64,000 bases of DNA, taken from the NCBI GenBank assembly GCA_005777805.1, contig SXLG01000013.1:976-64975 (forward strand), in the 5' to 3' direction. The position numbers were made by a program, and so were the translations under genes. A model generated the notes under the pieces. The model was not told the origin of the DNA. It did no database searches and saw nothing but the letters and a program-made list of their open reading frames with translations. Shown piece by piece: positions 9,134 through 17,715 of this stretch. How positions within the stretch are numbered: position 1 is the first letter of the stretch; each line of letters opens with the position of its first letter. The DNA comes from Pseudomonadota bacterium. GTDB taxonomy: Bacteria; Desulfobacterota; Binatia; UBA12015.

Positions 9134-10696
9134 ATGGGCGCGAGCGGGAACGGCCAGGGGTTGGCCCCCTTGACGCTCAGCGTGGTGATGCCCGTCTACA
9201 ACGAGCGCGCCACGATTCGTGACATCCTTTGTCGCGTCGCCCGCCGCACCGAGGTCGACGAGCTGATCATCGTCGACGATTGTTCGAGTGACGGCACTTC
9301 CGACGTGCTGGCGACCGAGGCCGCAGACGGTTGGCCCTGTCTTGGCGGGCTTCGCCCGGGCGGGCCGCCGCGCGTGCTCTTGCTGCGTCACGAGGTGAAC
9401 CAGGGCAAGGGCGCAGCACTGCGTACGGGCTTTGCTGCCGTCACCGGCGACATCGTGCTCACGCAGGACGCCGACCTCGAATATGACCCGGCGGACTACC
9501 CGAAGCTGCTGGCGCCGATCCTCGATGGCCGCGCTGACGCCGTCTACGGCAGCCGGTTTGCCGGCTATCCGCGCCGCGTGCTGATGTTCTGGCACACGGT
9601 GGGGAACAAGCTTCTCACGACCCTCTCCAACATCCTCTGTAATTTGAACCTGACCGATATGGAAACCGGTTACAAGGCGATGCGGCGCGAGATGGTTCAG
9701 GCGATGGTGCTGCGTTCCAACCGTTTCGGCATCGAGCCGGAGATCACCGCCCGGCTCGCCCGGCTCCAGGCCCGGATCTACGAGGTGCCGATTTCCTACG
9801 CCGGCCGCTCCTACGTCGAGGGCAAGAAGATCGGCTGGAAGGATGCCATCTCGGCGGTCTGGACCATGCTGCGTTGCGCGCTGATCGACGACCGCGAGAC
9901 CGTCGATCCCCTGCACGCCACGCTGCGCCGCATGGCCGTGCTCGATCGCTACAACGCTTTCCTCTTCGAGCAGATCGCGCCCTTCGTCGGCCAGCGCGTG
10001 CTCGAGGTGGGGGCGGGCACGGGCACGTTGACCCGCTTCCTGCGCTCCCGTGATCGGGTACGGGCGACCGACGTCGATGCGCAGTACGTCCATCTCCTCG
10101 AGCGCCGCTTCGAGCACGATGGCAACGTCGCGGTATCCGCCTACGATCTGGCCGGCGAGCCCTCCGCGGACGTCGCCACGCAGCGCTACGACACGATCGT
10201 CTGTCTGAACGTTCTCGAGCATATTGCCGACGATGAGCGCGCGCTGCTGCGGCTGCACGACTTGCTCGAGCCGGCCGGTCAGCTCATCCTGCTCGTCCCG
10301 GCGCACCAGGCCCTCTTTGGCACCATGGACGAGGCGATCGGGCACTTCCGGCGCTACGAGCGAGCGTCGTTGCTGCGTCAGCTCCGCGAGGCGGGCTACC
10401 ATGTGCAGGCGAACTTTTTCGTCAACGCCACCTCGGTGGTGGGCTGGTGGCTCAACGGGCGTGTGCTGGGCCGCCGTGGCGTCCCGGGCGTGCAAGCCCG
10501 GCTGGCGAACCGCCTGGTGCCGCTCTTCCGCATCGAGCGCAAGCTGCGCTTGCCTTTCGGGATCTCGCTGGTTGCCGTGGCGCGGCGGCCCGCGGATGTC
10601 CTGGCTGCGGCTGCTTCGGGCGAGACGGCTGCGGCGGTGGCAGAGGCCGCAACCCCGGTGGACGCGACGGGTGTGGCCTCGCGCGGCCCGGGCTGA
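9134..10696 (+). CDS. Fusion protein: N-terminal GT2 polyprenyl-phosphate sugar synthase (DPM synthase-like), C-terminal class I SAM methyltransferase
   Basis: N-term LSVVMPVYNERATIRDIL..IIVDDCSSDGT..QDADLEYDP (DPM1/GtrB-like). C-term VLEVGAGTGTLTRFL ... CLNVLEHIADDERALLRLHDLLEPAGQLILLVPAH (MTase motifs I-III). Confidence 0.75.
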   Translation: MGASGNGQGLAPLTLSVVMPVYNERATIRDILCRVARRTEVDELIIVDDCSSDGTSDVLATEAADGWPCLGGLRPGGPPRVLLLRHEVNQGKGAALRTGFAAVTGDIVLTQDADLEYDPADYPKLLAPILDGRADAVYGSRFAGYPRRVLMFWHTVGNKLLTTLSNILCNLNLTDMETGYKAMRREMVQAMVLRSNRFGIEPEITARLARLQARIYEVPISYAGRSYVEGKKIGWKDAISAVWTMLRCALIDDRETVDPLHATLRRMAVLDRYNAFLFEQIAPFVGQRVLEVGAGTGTLTRFLRSRDRVRATDVDAQYVHLLERRFEHDGNVAVSAYDLAGEPSADVATQRYDTIVCLNVLEHIADDERALLRLHDLLEPAGQLILLVPAHQALFGTMDEAIGHFRRYERASLLRQLREAGYHVQANFFVNATSVVGWWLNGRVLGRRGVPGVQARLANRLVPLFRIERKLRLPFGISLVAVARRPADVLAAAASGETAAAVAEAATPVDATGVASRGPG

Positions 10697-10995
10697 TTTC
10701 CGCTTGATCTCGCCCGCCCGTGTGGCCGCGCCAGCGACAAGAGCCCGGCTTCGCCACGCGATACTGCGGCCTCTGACGGCGGCGATGGCGCCTCGGACCT
10801 GGACCAGCGACCGCTCAGGGGTGGCCGGAATCATCGTCTTGTCATGCTGTGCCGAGACGCTGGGTGGGCGCGGGCCAATGACAGCGCGAGGGGCGGCCGC
10901 GAGGTCCTGGGGCTTGCCGGGATCGGACCCTCGATGAGCAGGCATCATGACCCGCACCGGCGTGCCTCTCAGGCCAGCGGGGCGGAGGCCGGAGT

Positions 10996-11209
10996 GGACG
11001 AGCGATGATCCGGGTCGTCCTGGTGACGGCGGCGACGCTGGCGGGGACGTCGTGGGTGGCGATCTCGGTGGTCGAGGCCGATCGGCTCGCGGTCGCGCCG
11101 GCGGACGAGCGATGATCCGGGTCTTCCTGGCGACGGCGGCGGCGCTGGCCGGGACGTCGTGGGTGGCGATCACGCTGGTCGAGGCCAATCGGTTCGCGGT
11201 TGCGCCGGC
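10996..11209 (+). repeat. Two tandem copies of a 107 bp unit (about 90 % identical) spanning the start of the downstream membrane-protein gene
   Basis: Direct reading. Copy 1 is about 10996-11102 and copy 2 about 11103-11209. Both contain ATGATCCGGGTC..TGGGTGGCGATC..GTCGAGGCC..CGG(C/T)TCGCGGT(C/T)GCGCCGGC. Confidence 0.7.
11005..11115 (+). CDS. Possible 36-codon upstream ORF (MIRVVLVTAATLAGTSWVAISVVEADRLAVAPADER) that copies the N-terminus of the downstream membrane protein
   Basis: Created by the tandem duplication. GGAGG lies 15 nt upstream of its ATG. Its TGA overlaps the ATG of the main gene (ATGA). No separate homology evidence; it could be a duplication scar. Confidence 0.3.
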   Translation: MIRVVLVTAATLAGTSWVAISVVEADRLAVAPADER

Positions 11210-13175
11210 ACTTGCCGCGGGTGCGCTGACCGCGCTGTTCGCGGGCGCATGGGGCTCACGCCTGCATCTGCCGCGGGGCGGACTTTTGCTGGTCGGGGCG
11301 CTCGGCGGTGCGCTCTCGATGTTGCCGCCGATCGACACGACGCTTCTCTCGCAGGATGCGAGTCTGCACCGCGGCGCCGGCCTCTGGCTGGCACGCGAGG
11401 GCACCCTCGCGGTGGCCGACCCGGCCCTGGCGGCCCTGAATGCCGACGAGCGAGTGGCGCTCTTCGGCGGCGGCACGATCAGCGCGCGCCGCATGTCGCT
11501 TGTCCGACTGCCGGGTGGACTCGTGCTGCCCGATCTGGATACCGAGGTGGCCTACCCGAGCTTCTCGCATCTGCTCATGACCTGGGTCGGGCTAGCGGCG
11601 CGGGTCGCCGGCGCCGGTGCGGTTGGCTTCCTCGGCCCCCTGCTGGCCGCCCTCGCGCTCTGGGCCGTCGGCGTGACGGTGGCACTTGGCGTGGGCGGCC
11701 GGTCAGGTGCCGGGTGGGGGCTCGCGGCGGAGATCCTGCTCGCTCTGCTCCTGCCCGAGCACTGGTTCGGGCGCTTCCTGATGAGCGAGATCCTCGGGCA
11801 GGCGCTGGTGTGGTGTGCCGTTGCCGCCGCAGCGATCGCGGCCGAAGAGGCGCGCCGTCCGCTCGGCCGGCGCGCGGCGCGGGGAGTCGCGGGACTTCTG
11901 TGCGGCGCCTGTCTCGGGCTTGCGGGTTTCGCGCGCCTCGAGATGGTGTGGATCTTCGTGCCGGCTCTGCTGCTGGCGCGTGCCTTGCTGCCGGCCGGCC
12001 GCCGTCTGCTGCCGCCGCTCGCTCTCGCTGTTTTTCTCTTCGCCGCCGGACAGGCGGCGTTGCATCTCACGGCGATTCCAACCGACTACGGCAATCATAT
12101 TGTCCGACAATTGCTCGAGGCTTACGCGCGCCTGGTCTGGCTCGTCATCGCGCTCTGCCGTGGCGACGGCCATCTGGCGGGAACCCTCCTGCGGCTGGTC
12201 CTCCCGCTGGTAGCCTTCGGACTCCTTGCCGCCGGGTTCGTTTGGGTGCGTGCGGTCGAGCGTCGGCGGCCGGGGCAGGGCATCCGTGCAGCTTGTGCGC
12301 TTGCGGGGGGGCTGTGGCTGGCGCTTCTCTACCGCAAGGGAGTGACCCCCGGTTGGCCAGCGGCACGTGCGCTGGTGCTCTTCGTGCCGCCCGCACTGCT
12401 CGGAGCGCTGGCGCTGGCTGGCCGCAGGGCGTTGCCGCGGGGTGGGCTCGAAATCGCTCTCTGCCTGTTGGCGCTCGACCAGATCGCGGGCGGTCGCGTC
12501 GCCGACGAGCAGATCTGGGCGGCGCGCCGGCTCGTCCCGGTGGTGCTGCCCCTGGTGGTGGTGCTGGCCGTGCGCGGGGTCGGTGGATCCTGGCTTGATG
12601 GAAGGCGACCCCGCTCTGCCTGGCGGCTTGGGCTGGCGCGGGGCCTGCTGGTGGTGGCGCTGTTCGCTGCTGTGCGCATGGTGTGGCCCGTGCTGGGACG
12701 GCAATTGCAGGGCGGGGCCGCGGACCGCGTGCGCGAACTCGCCGCCGAGTTGCCGCCGGACGCTCTGGTCCTGCTGGCCCAACCGCTCGACTGGACGCAT
12801 CTTGCGGCCGCACTCTGGCTCGGCGAAGGCCGGCGCACGCTCGTGCTGCGCCAAGCCGGCGTCGCGGGCCACGGCGCGGCACTCCGGCGCTATCTCGATA
12901 CCGCGCCCGCGGCCGGGGTGTGGGTCGTGACCGGAGCGGCGGGCAGCGCGGCGGCCCCCGCGAGCGGCGACGAGGGCCTCTCTGGGTTCGAGGGATTGAC
13001 ACTCTCGGCGCCGTCGGCAGTCCGGCGCTGGCGCGCGGACTTTCTCGAGGTCACCCGCGGCCGGCGGCCACACGGACTGGTCGAGCGCGAAATCGCACTC
13101 CGCCTGCGCCGCGTCGGCCCGCCGCCGGCGCTACAGCCCCAGGGCGCGAGCACCGGGCGCCTTGGCCGCGACTGA
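11112..13175 (+). CDS. Polytopic integral membrane protein (possible GT-C-like glycosyltransferase), about 687 aa
   Basis: ATG at 11112, in frame with the long track ORF whose upstream part is non-coding. More than 12 hydrophobic helices, with a C-terminal soluble region. No confident motif assignment. Confidence 0.5.
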   Translation: MIRVFLATAAALAGTSWVAITLVEANRFAVAPALAAGALTALFAGAWGSRLHLPRGGLLLVGALGGALSMLPPIDTTLLSQDASLHRGAGLWLAREGTLAVADPALAALNADERVALFGGGTISARRMSLVRLPGGLVLPDLDTEVAYPSFSHLLMTWVGLAARVAGAGAVGFLGPLLAALALWAVGVTVALGVGGRSGAGWGLAAEILLALLLPEHWFGRFLMSEILGQALVWCAVAAAAIAAEEARRPLGRRAARGVAGLLCGACLGLAGFARLEMVWIFVPALLLARALLPAGRRLLPPLALAVFLFAAGQAALHLTAIPTDYGNHIVRQLLEAYARLVWLVIALCRGDGHLAGTLLRLVLPLVAFGLLAAGFVWVRAVERRRPGQGIRAACALAGGLWLALLYRKGVTPGWPAARALVLFVPPALLGALALAGRRALPRGGLEIALCLLALDQIAGGRVADEQIWAARRLVPVVLPLVVVLAVRGVGGSWLDGRRPRSAWRLGLARGLLVVALFAAVRMVWPVLGRQLQGGAADRVRELAAELPPDALVLLAQPLDWTHLAAALWLGEGRRTLVLRQAGVAGHGAALRRYLDTAPAAGVWVVTGAAGSAAAPASGDEGLSGFEGLTLSAPSAVRRWRADFLEVTRGRRPHGLVEREIALRLRRVGPPPALQPQGASTGRLGRD

Positions 13176-13280
13176 TCCCGGACCGCATGGCGCCGCGCAG
13201 AGGCGAGGGCTCGCGCCGACGACACCCTGGCAGAACGGCACAGGGCGCCCGGCGCGCCCCACGAGGCTCCGGGAGTGTGG

Positions 13281-14996
13281 CTATCCCCAGAGTTCGTTGC
13301 GCAGCACGCGTCCTGGGCGCGCGGCGGTGGGTGTGCCGTGGCGCATCAATATCTGGCCATTGACGAGGGTGGCGTCGTAGCCGCGGCCGGTTTGAGTCAG
13401 GTGGGGCGCGCCTCCGGGCATCTCGTGCCGTAGTTCGGGCAGGCCGATGTCGATACGGTCCAGGTCGATCACGTTGAGGTCGGCGTGGGCACCGTGGCGG
13501 ATCACGCCGCGGTCGCGCAGACCCCAGAGGCTCGCCGGATCGAAGGTGAGCTTGCGGATCGCCTGCTCGATCGTGAGGAGGCGGCGCTGGCGGACCCACC
13601 AGGAGAGCAGGAAGGTCGAGTAGCTCGCGTCCGAGGTCTGGGTGGTGTGGGCGCCCGAGTCGCCGAGGCCGATGCCGGTGAGAGGGTGCGACAGCATCGC
13701 CCCGACCGCGTCGAGGTCGGGATTGAAGAGTGGCACGATGAAGAAACCGCGCAGGTCGGTGCGGAGGATGTGCTCGAGGATGAGTTCGCCAAAGTTGCGC
13801 CCTTCGCGGCGCGCCCGCGCGCCGATGCTTTGCTCGGGCGTGAGTTCGTACGCCGCGGCACCTTCGCCCTCGAGAGCGAAAACCTGATCGACCGTCGCCA
13901 TGCCGCCGAGCACGGCGCCGTTCTCGTTGCGTACGCTCTCGAGCAGGCGCTGGCGGAGGTCGGCGTCGCGCAATGCCGCGCGGATCTCGTCCACGGGCCT
14001 CGAGGCCAGCTCACCCGCCGCGGGGAAGATCCAGAGCGGCGAGACCGAGATGCCGAAACCCATGAGCAGCCCGACGCTGCGCACCGCTACCTGGGGCACG
14101 ATCCGTGCGCCACGAAGCTGGGCCTCCTCGGTGGCGCGCAAAGCGTCGCGCCATGCATCCGGATAGGCCAGGCACTGAACCAGGCCGACGCTGAGCGGCC
14201 GAGCGGACTCGAGGCTGATCGGCAGCATCCACTCGTACTCGCGGCGCCAACCCTCGGCATCCTCGCCGGCACCACCGAGCGGGATGATCTCCAGCACACC
14301 CGTGCCCGTCGCGGCGAGGCCGCTGGCGAGAGCGTCGAGTTCGCGCCGGTCGGCGAAGGTGCCGGGGACGGGATCGCCCGAGGGCGTGCGGTGCATGGTG
14401 GTGCGTCCGGTGGAGACGCCGAGCGCCCCGGCGCGCATCGCCTCGACGACCGCCGTGCGCATGGCCACGAGTTCGTCGTCGTTGGCGGGTGCCGCCGTGG
14501 CGCCACGCTGGCCCATGGCGTGGATGCGCAGCGGAGCATGGCTCAGGTGCGCGCCGACGTTGAGGCCGAGGGGGCGCGCATCGAGGGAGTCGAGGTATTC
14601 GGGAAAACTCTGCCAGTTCCAGCCGATGCCGGCCGCCATCGCGCTGACCGGGATGTCCTCGACCCCCTGCATGAGGAACATCAGGTAGTCGCGATCTTCC
14701 GGCCGGCAGGGGGCGAAACCCACCCCGCAGTTGCCGACCACGACCGAGGTCACGCCATGCTGATTTGACGGCGAGCCGAGTGGATCCCAGATGAGCTGCG
14801 CGTCGAGATGGGTGTGGATGTCGACGAAACCTGGCGTGACGATGCGGTCGCGGGCGTCGATCTCCTCGCGGGCCGGGCCGTCGCAGCGTCCGATGCGTGT
14901 GATCCGCCCGCCCTCGATCGCGATGTCGGCCCGGTAGGCGGGACCTCCCGTGCCATCGACGATCGTACCGCCCCGAATCACCACATCTGCTGCCAT
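13281..14996 (-). CDS. D-aminoacylase / N-acyl-D-amino-acid deacylase family amidohydrolase
   Basis: Start MAADVVIRGGTIVDGTGG, preceded by GGGAGG. Contains DARDRIVTPGFVDIHTHLD (metal-binding HxH). About 571 aa. The upstream part of the 796 aa track ORF is low-complexity and non-coding. Confidence 0.75.
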   Translation of the reverse strand: MAADVVIRGGTIVDGTGGPAYRADIAIEGGRITRIGRCDGPAREEIDARDRIVTPGFVDIHTHLDAQLIWDPLGSPSNQHGVTSVVVGNCGVGFAPCRPEDRDYLMFLMQGVEDIPVSAMAAGIGWNWQSFPEYLDSLDARPLGLNVGAHLSHAPLRIHAMGQRGATAAPANDDELVAMRTAVVEAMRAGALGVSTGRTTMHRTPSGDPVPGTFADRRELDALASGLAATGTGVLEIIPLGGAGEDAEGWRREYEWMLPISLESARPLSVGLVQCLAYPDAWRDALRATEEAQLRGARIVPQVAVRSVGLLMGFGISVSPLWIFPAAGELASRPVDEIRAALRDADLRQRLLESVRNENGAVLGGMATVDQVFALEGEGAAAYELTPEQSIGARARREGRNFGELILEHILRTDLRGFFIVPLFNPDLDAVGAMLSHPLTGIGLGDSGAHTTQTSDASYSTFLLSWWVRQRRLLTIEQAIRKLTFDPASLWGLRDRGVIRHGAHADLNVIDLDRIDIGLPELRHEMPGGAPHLTQTGRGYDATLVNGQILMRHGTPTAARPGRVLRNELWG

Positions 14997-15255
14997 CGCG
15001 CTGTCCTCCCGGGTCCCTGCTTGGCCACCTCTCCCCGGACGGAGGTGGCCGCCGTCCCTGCTAGCTAAGCGAGGCCCCCGAGGCGAAGGGTCGGTGCCCC
15101 GCACGATCACCGCCCCGGTGCGGGTCCGCCGAGGTCGTCCCATTCCTCGGGACGAGGCACAGGTCGGCAGTTGACGGGGCCCGCAGCGGCGGCGAGAACA
15201 ACCGTGGCGGAGACGTCTCCGCCGACGCGATCTCAACGCTTGCCTGGAGTCCCGG

Positions 15256-17067
15256 ATGCCCCGTCTCGCGGTTCTTGCCTGCTTCGTCTTTGCCGCCATG
15301 GCTCTGGCGGGCCGAGCCGTGGCGTCGGAGTGCGGCGGCACGGTGGCGTGCGCTTGCGGCGATACCGTGGTGCGGGCGACGCTTCTCGAGGCGGATCTCC
15401 TGGACTGCACGCAGACCGGGCTCGTCGTCGGGCCGGGCGTGACGCTCGATTGCCGGGGGCACGCGATCCGCGGCCGCAGTTCGCGCGACGGCCTCCTGCT
15501 CGCCGAAGCCGAGGGGGCGCGGGTGCGGGGCTGCACGGTCGAGGGCTTCCGCATCGGCATCCGCGTGCGTGGTGGGCATGGGCAACTCGTCTCCGAGAAT
15601 CTGCTCGTGGGCAACCGGCGCGGTCTCGCGGCGACCGATGGCGCCAGCGATGTCCGCTTCGAGCGCAACACCGTCGAGGCCAGCGCCGAAATTGGTCTCT
15701 ACGTCGGCAACGGCACGGCCGATGTCTCGGCCGTGCGCAATGTGATCATGGATGCGGCCAAGGAGAATGTGGAGGTGGTCGAGAGCGCCCGCTTCCTCCT
15801 CGACGATAACGTCCTCGGCGGCGTCACGCGCTACGGGCTCCGGCTCACGGATTCGCCGAGTGCTCGCGTCCGCGGCAACGAGATCCAGAGCGGGCACATT
15901 CAGGTGCGCGGCAATTCGGATGGCGGGACTTTTCTCGACGATCTGGTGCTGGGGCGCGAGGGTTACGACTTTCGGGGCATCGAGGACCGCGACGGGAGCT
16001 GGCGATTTCCCGACCACAACGTGATTCGCGGCGGGGCGATCCCCAATGCGTCACGTTGCTTCCGTTTCTCTGGTGCGTCCTTCAATGAAATCGACAGCGT
16101 CGCCCTGGGTTCTTGCGCGACTCGCCCGGTCGAACTCAAGACGGTCGATGGTCAGGCCGCGGTCGGCAATACGATCGACGGCAACGCGACCGCGGGAGGT
16201 TCCGGTGGATCCGTCGCGGGCGTTTGCGGCGGTGACCGCCCCTGTACCTGTGGGGATACGCTGACGGCCTCGGCCGTACTCAGCGGCGACCTCGTCGGTT
16301 GTACCCGCACGGGTTTGCGGCTGGCCTCCGGTGTCACCTTGGACTGCGCGGGCTTTGCCATCCTCGGCCGCAGCTCGAGCGATGGCGTGTTGATCGACCA
16401 CGCCGACGGCGCGCGTGTCCGCAACTGTCGGATCGAGGGCTTTGCCGCGGGCCTGCGCGTGCGCGGCGGGGCCCGCCAGCAGCTTCAGGACCTGCTGGTG
16501 CGCGCCAACGAAGTCGGCATCCGCGTTGAGGAGGGGTCCGCCGGAACGCGGATCGAGCGTGCGGTGGTGGAGCAAAGTCGCGACAGCGGCATCCGGGCGG
16601 CCGCGGTCTCGGAGGTCGCGATTCTCGGCAGTTCTGTCTCTGGGTCGGGCAAGCAAAATATTGAGTTGGTGGGGGTCGATCGCGCCCTGGTGCAGGGCAA
16701 CGTGCTCGACGAGCGACCCCGCTGCGCACTGCGTCTCAGCGACACCACGCGCACCGAGGTGCGGGCGAACGAGATCCGGAGCGCCGGCATCGAACTGCGC
16801 GGCGCGAGCAACTCGAACCTCTTCGCGGACAACCGACTCCTCGATCTTGGATTCAGCCTGGCCGGCATCGAGGATCGAGAGGCCGGCTGGCGCTTTCCCG
16901 ATGGGAACACCTTCCGCGGCGGCGTGATTCCCACGGCCACGCATTGCTTCATCTTCGCGGGCGCCACCGACAATCTGGTCGAGGACGTCGACTTCGGCGC
17001 TTGCGCCGCAAACCCGGTCGAGCTCGACACGGTCGACGGCCACGCCGCCACGGGCAATCGCTGGTAG
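15256..17067 (+). CDS. Secreted right-handed parallel beta-helix repeat protein (NosD/pectin-lyase-fold-like) made of two tandem homologous halves
   Basis: Signal peptide MPRLAVLACFVFAAMALAGRAVA. Residues about 25-300 and 315-600 are homologous. The first half starts CGGTVACACGDTVVRATLLEADLLDCTQTGLVVGPGVTLDCRGHAIRGRSSRDGLLL, the second CGGDRPCTCGDTLTASAVLSGDLVGCTRTGLRLASGVTLDCAGFAILGRSSSDGVLI. Repeated ..NxIxxN.. beta-helix rungs. Confidence 0.65.
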   Translation: MPRLAVLACFVFAAMALAGRAVASECGGTVACACGDTVVRATLLEADLLDCTQTGLVVGPGVTLDCRGHAIRGRSSRDGLLLAEAEGARVRGCTVEGFRIGIRVRGGHGQLVSENLLVGNRRGLAATDGASDVRFERNTVEASAEIGLYVGNGTADVSAVRNVIMDAAKENVEVVESARFLLDDNVLGGVTRYGLRLTDSPSARVRGNEIQSGHIQVRGNSDGGTFLDDLVLGREGYDFRGIEDRDGSWRFPDHNVIRGGAIPNASRCFRFSGASFNEIDSVALGSCATRPVELKTVDGQAAVGNTIDGNATAGGSGGSVAGVCGGDRPCTCGDTLTASAVLSGDLVGCTRTGLRLASGVTLDCAGFAILGRSSSDGVLIDHADGARVRNCRIEGFAAGLRVRGGARQQLQDLLVRANEVGIRVEEGSAGTRIERAVVEQSRDSGIRAAAVSEVAILGSSVSGSGKQNIELVGVDRALVQGNVLDERPRCALRLSDTTRTEVRANEIRSAGIELRGASNSNLFADNRLLDLGFSLAGIEDREAGWRFPDGNTFRGGVIPTATHCFIFAGATDNLVEDVDFGACAANPVELDTVDGHAATGNRW

Positions 17068-17143
17068 CGCGGCTCCGCCGGGGCGCTTGCGCAGAGGTCC
17101 GCGCCCGCCTCGCGAGGTGATACCGGCCGCGTTGAGCGATGTC

Positions 17144-17587
17144 ATGGCGGTTACCTTCATCTGCAAACCGTTCAATGCTTTGACGACGCGCGAGCTGCAC
17201 GATCTGCTCTGGCTGCGCGAGCTGGTCTTCGTCGTCGGTCAGAAAATCACAGTCGAGAGCGAAATCGACGGTGAGGACCCCGCGCACGATCACGTCCTCG
17301 GGCGCGACGAGCGGGGCGCCGTGATCGCGACGGCGCGATTGCGCTTCGATAGCGAGCCCGTCAAGGTTGGGCGGATTGCGGTCCATCCCGAACAGCAACA
17401 CCGTGGCATCGGTCGGAGCCTGATGCGTGCCATCGACGACCTGCTGGGCGAGCGTGCCGCGGAGATGCACGCCCAGGCGCATCTCGAATCCTGGTACGCT
17501 TCGCTGGGCTGGCAGCGGGTTGGCGACATCTTTCTCGAGGCGGGCATCGAGCACCTGCGCATGATCCGCAGCGGGCGCCCCGGCTGA
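17144..17587 (+). CDS. GNAT family N-acetyltransferase (ElaA-like)
   Basis: VKVGRIAVHPEQQHRGIGRSLM acetyl-CoA binding motif. About 147 aa. Confidence 0.75.
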   Translation: MAVTFICKPFNALTTRELHDLLWLRELVFVVGQKITVESEIDGEDPAHDHVLGRDERGAVIATARLRFDSEPVKVGRIAVHPEQQHRGIGRSLMRAIDDLLGERAAEMHAQAHLESWYASLGWQRVGDIFLEAGIEHLRMIRSGRPG

Positions 17588-17715
17588 GGCCCGGGAGTTC
17601 TGGCCCCGACGCAGGCACGGTCACACCGCCGGTGTCGACGAGCGCCACCCCGACCGGCGCCGCTCCATGAGCGCCGGTTTGCTCCCGAGGGAGGGGAGGT
17701 GGCAGGCTGAACCCC

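Noticed and set aside
13176-13280. Possible bidirectional terminator between the convergent membrane-protein and D-aminoacylase genes (GGGCGC-N5-GCGCCC). Similar GC-rich hairpins at 25681-25707 and 56677-56719.
   Set aside because: Short stems without U-tracts. They are indistinguishable from chance palindromes at this GC content.
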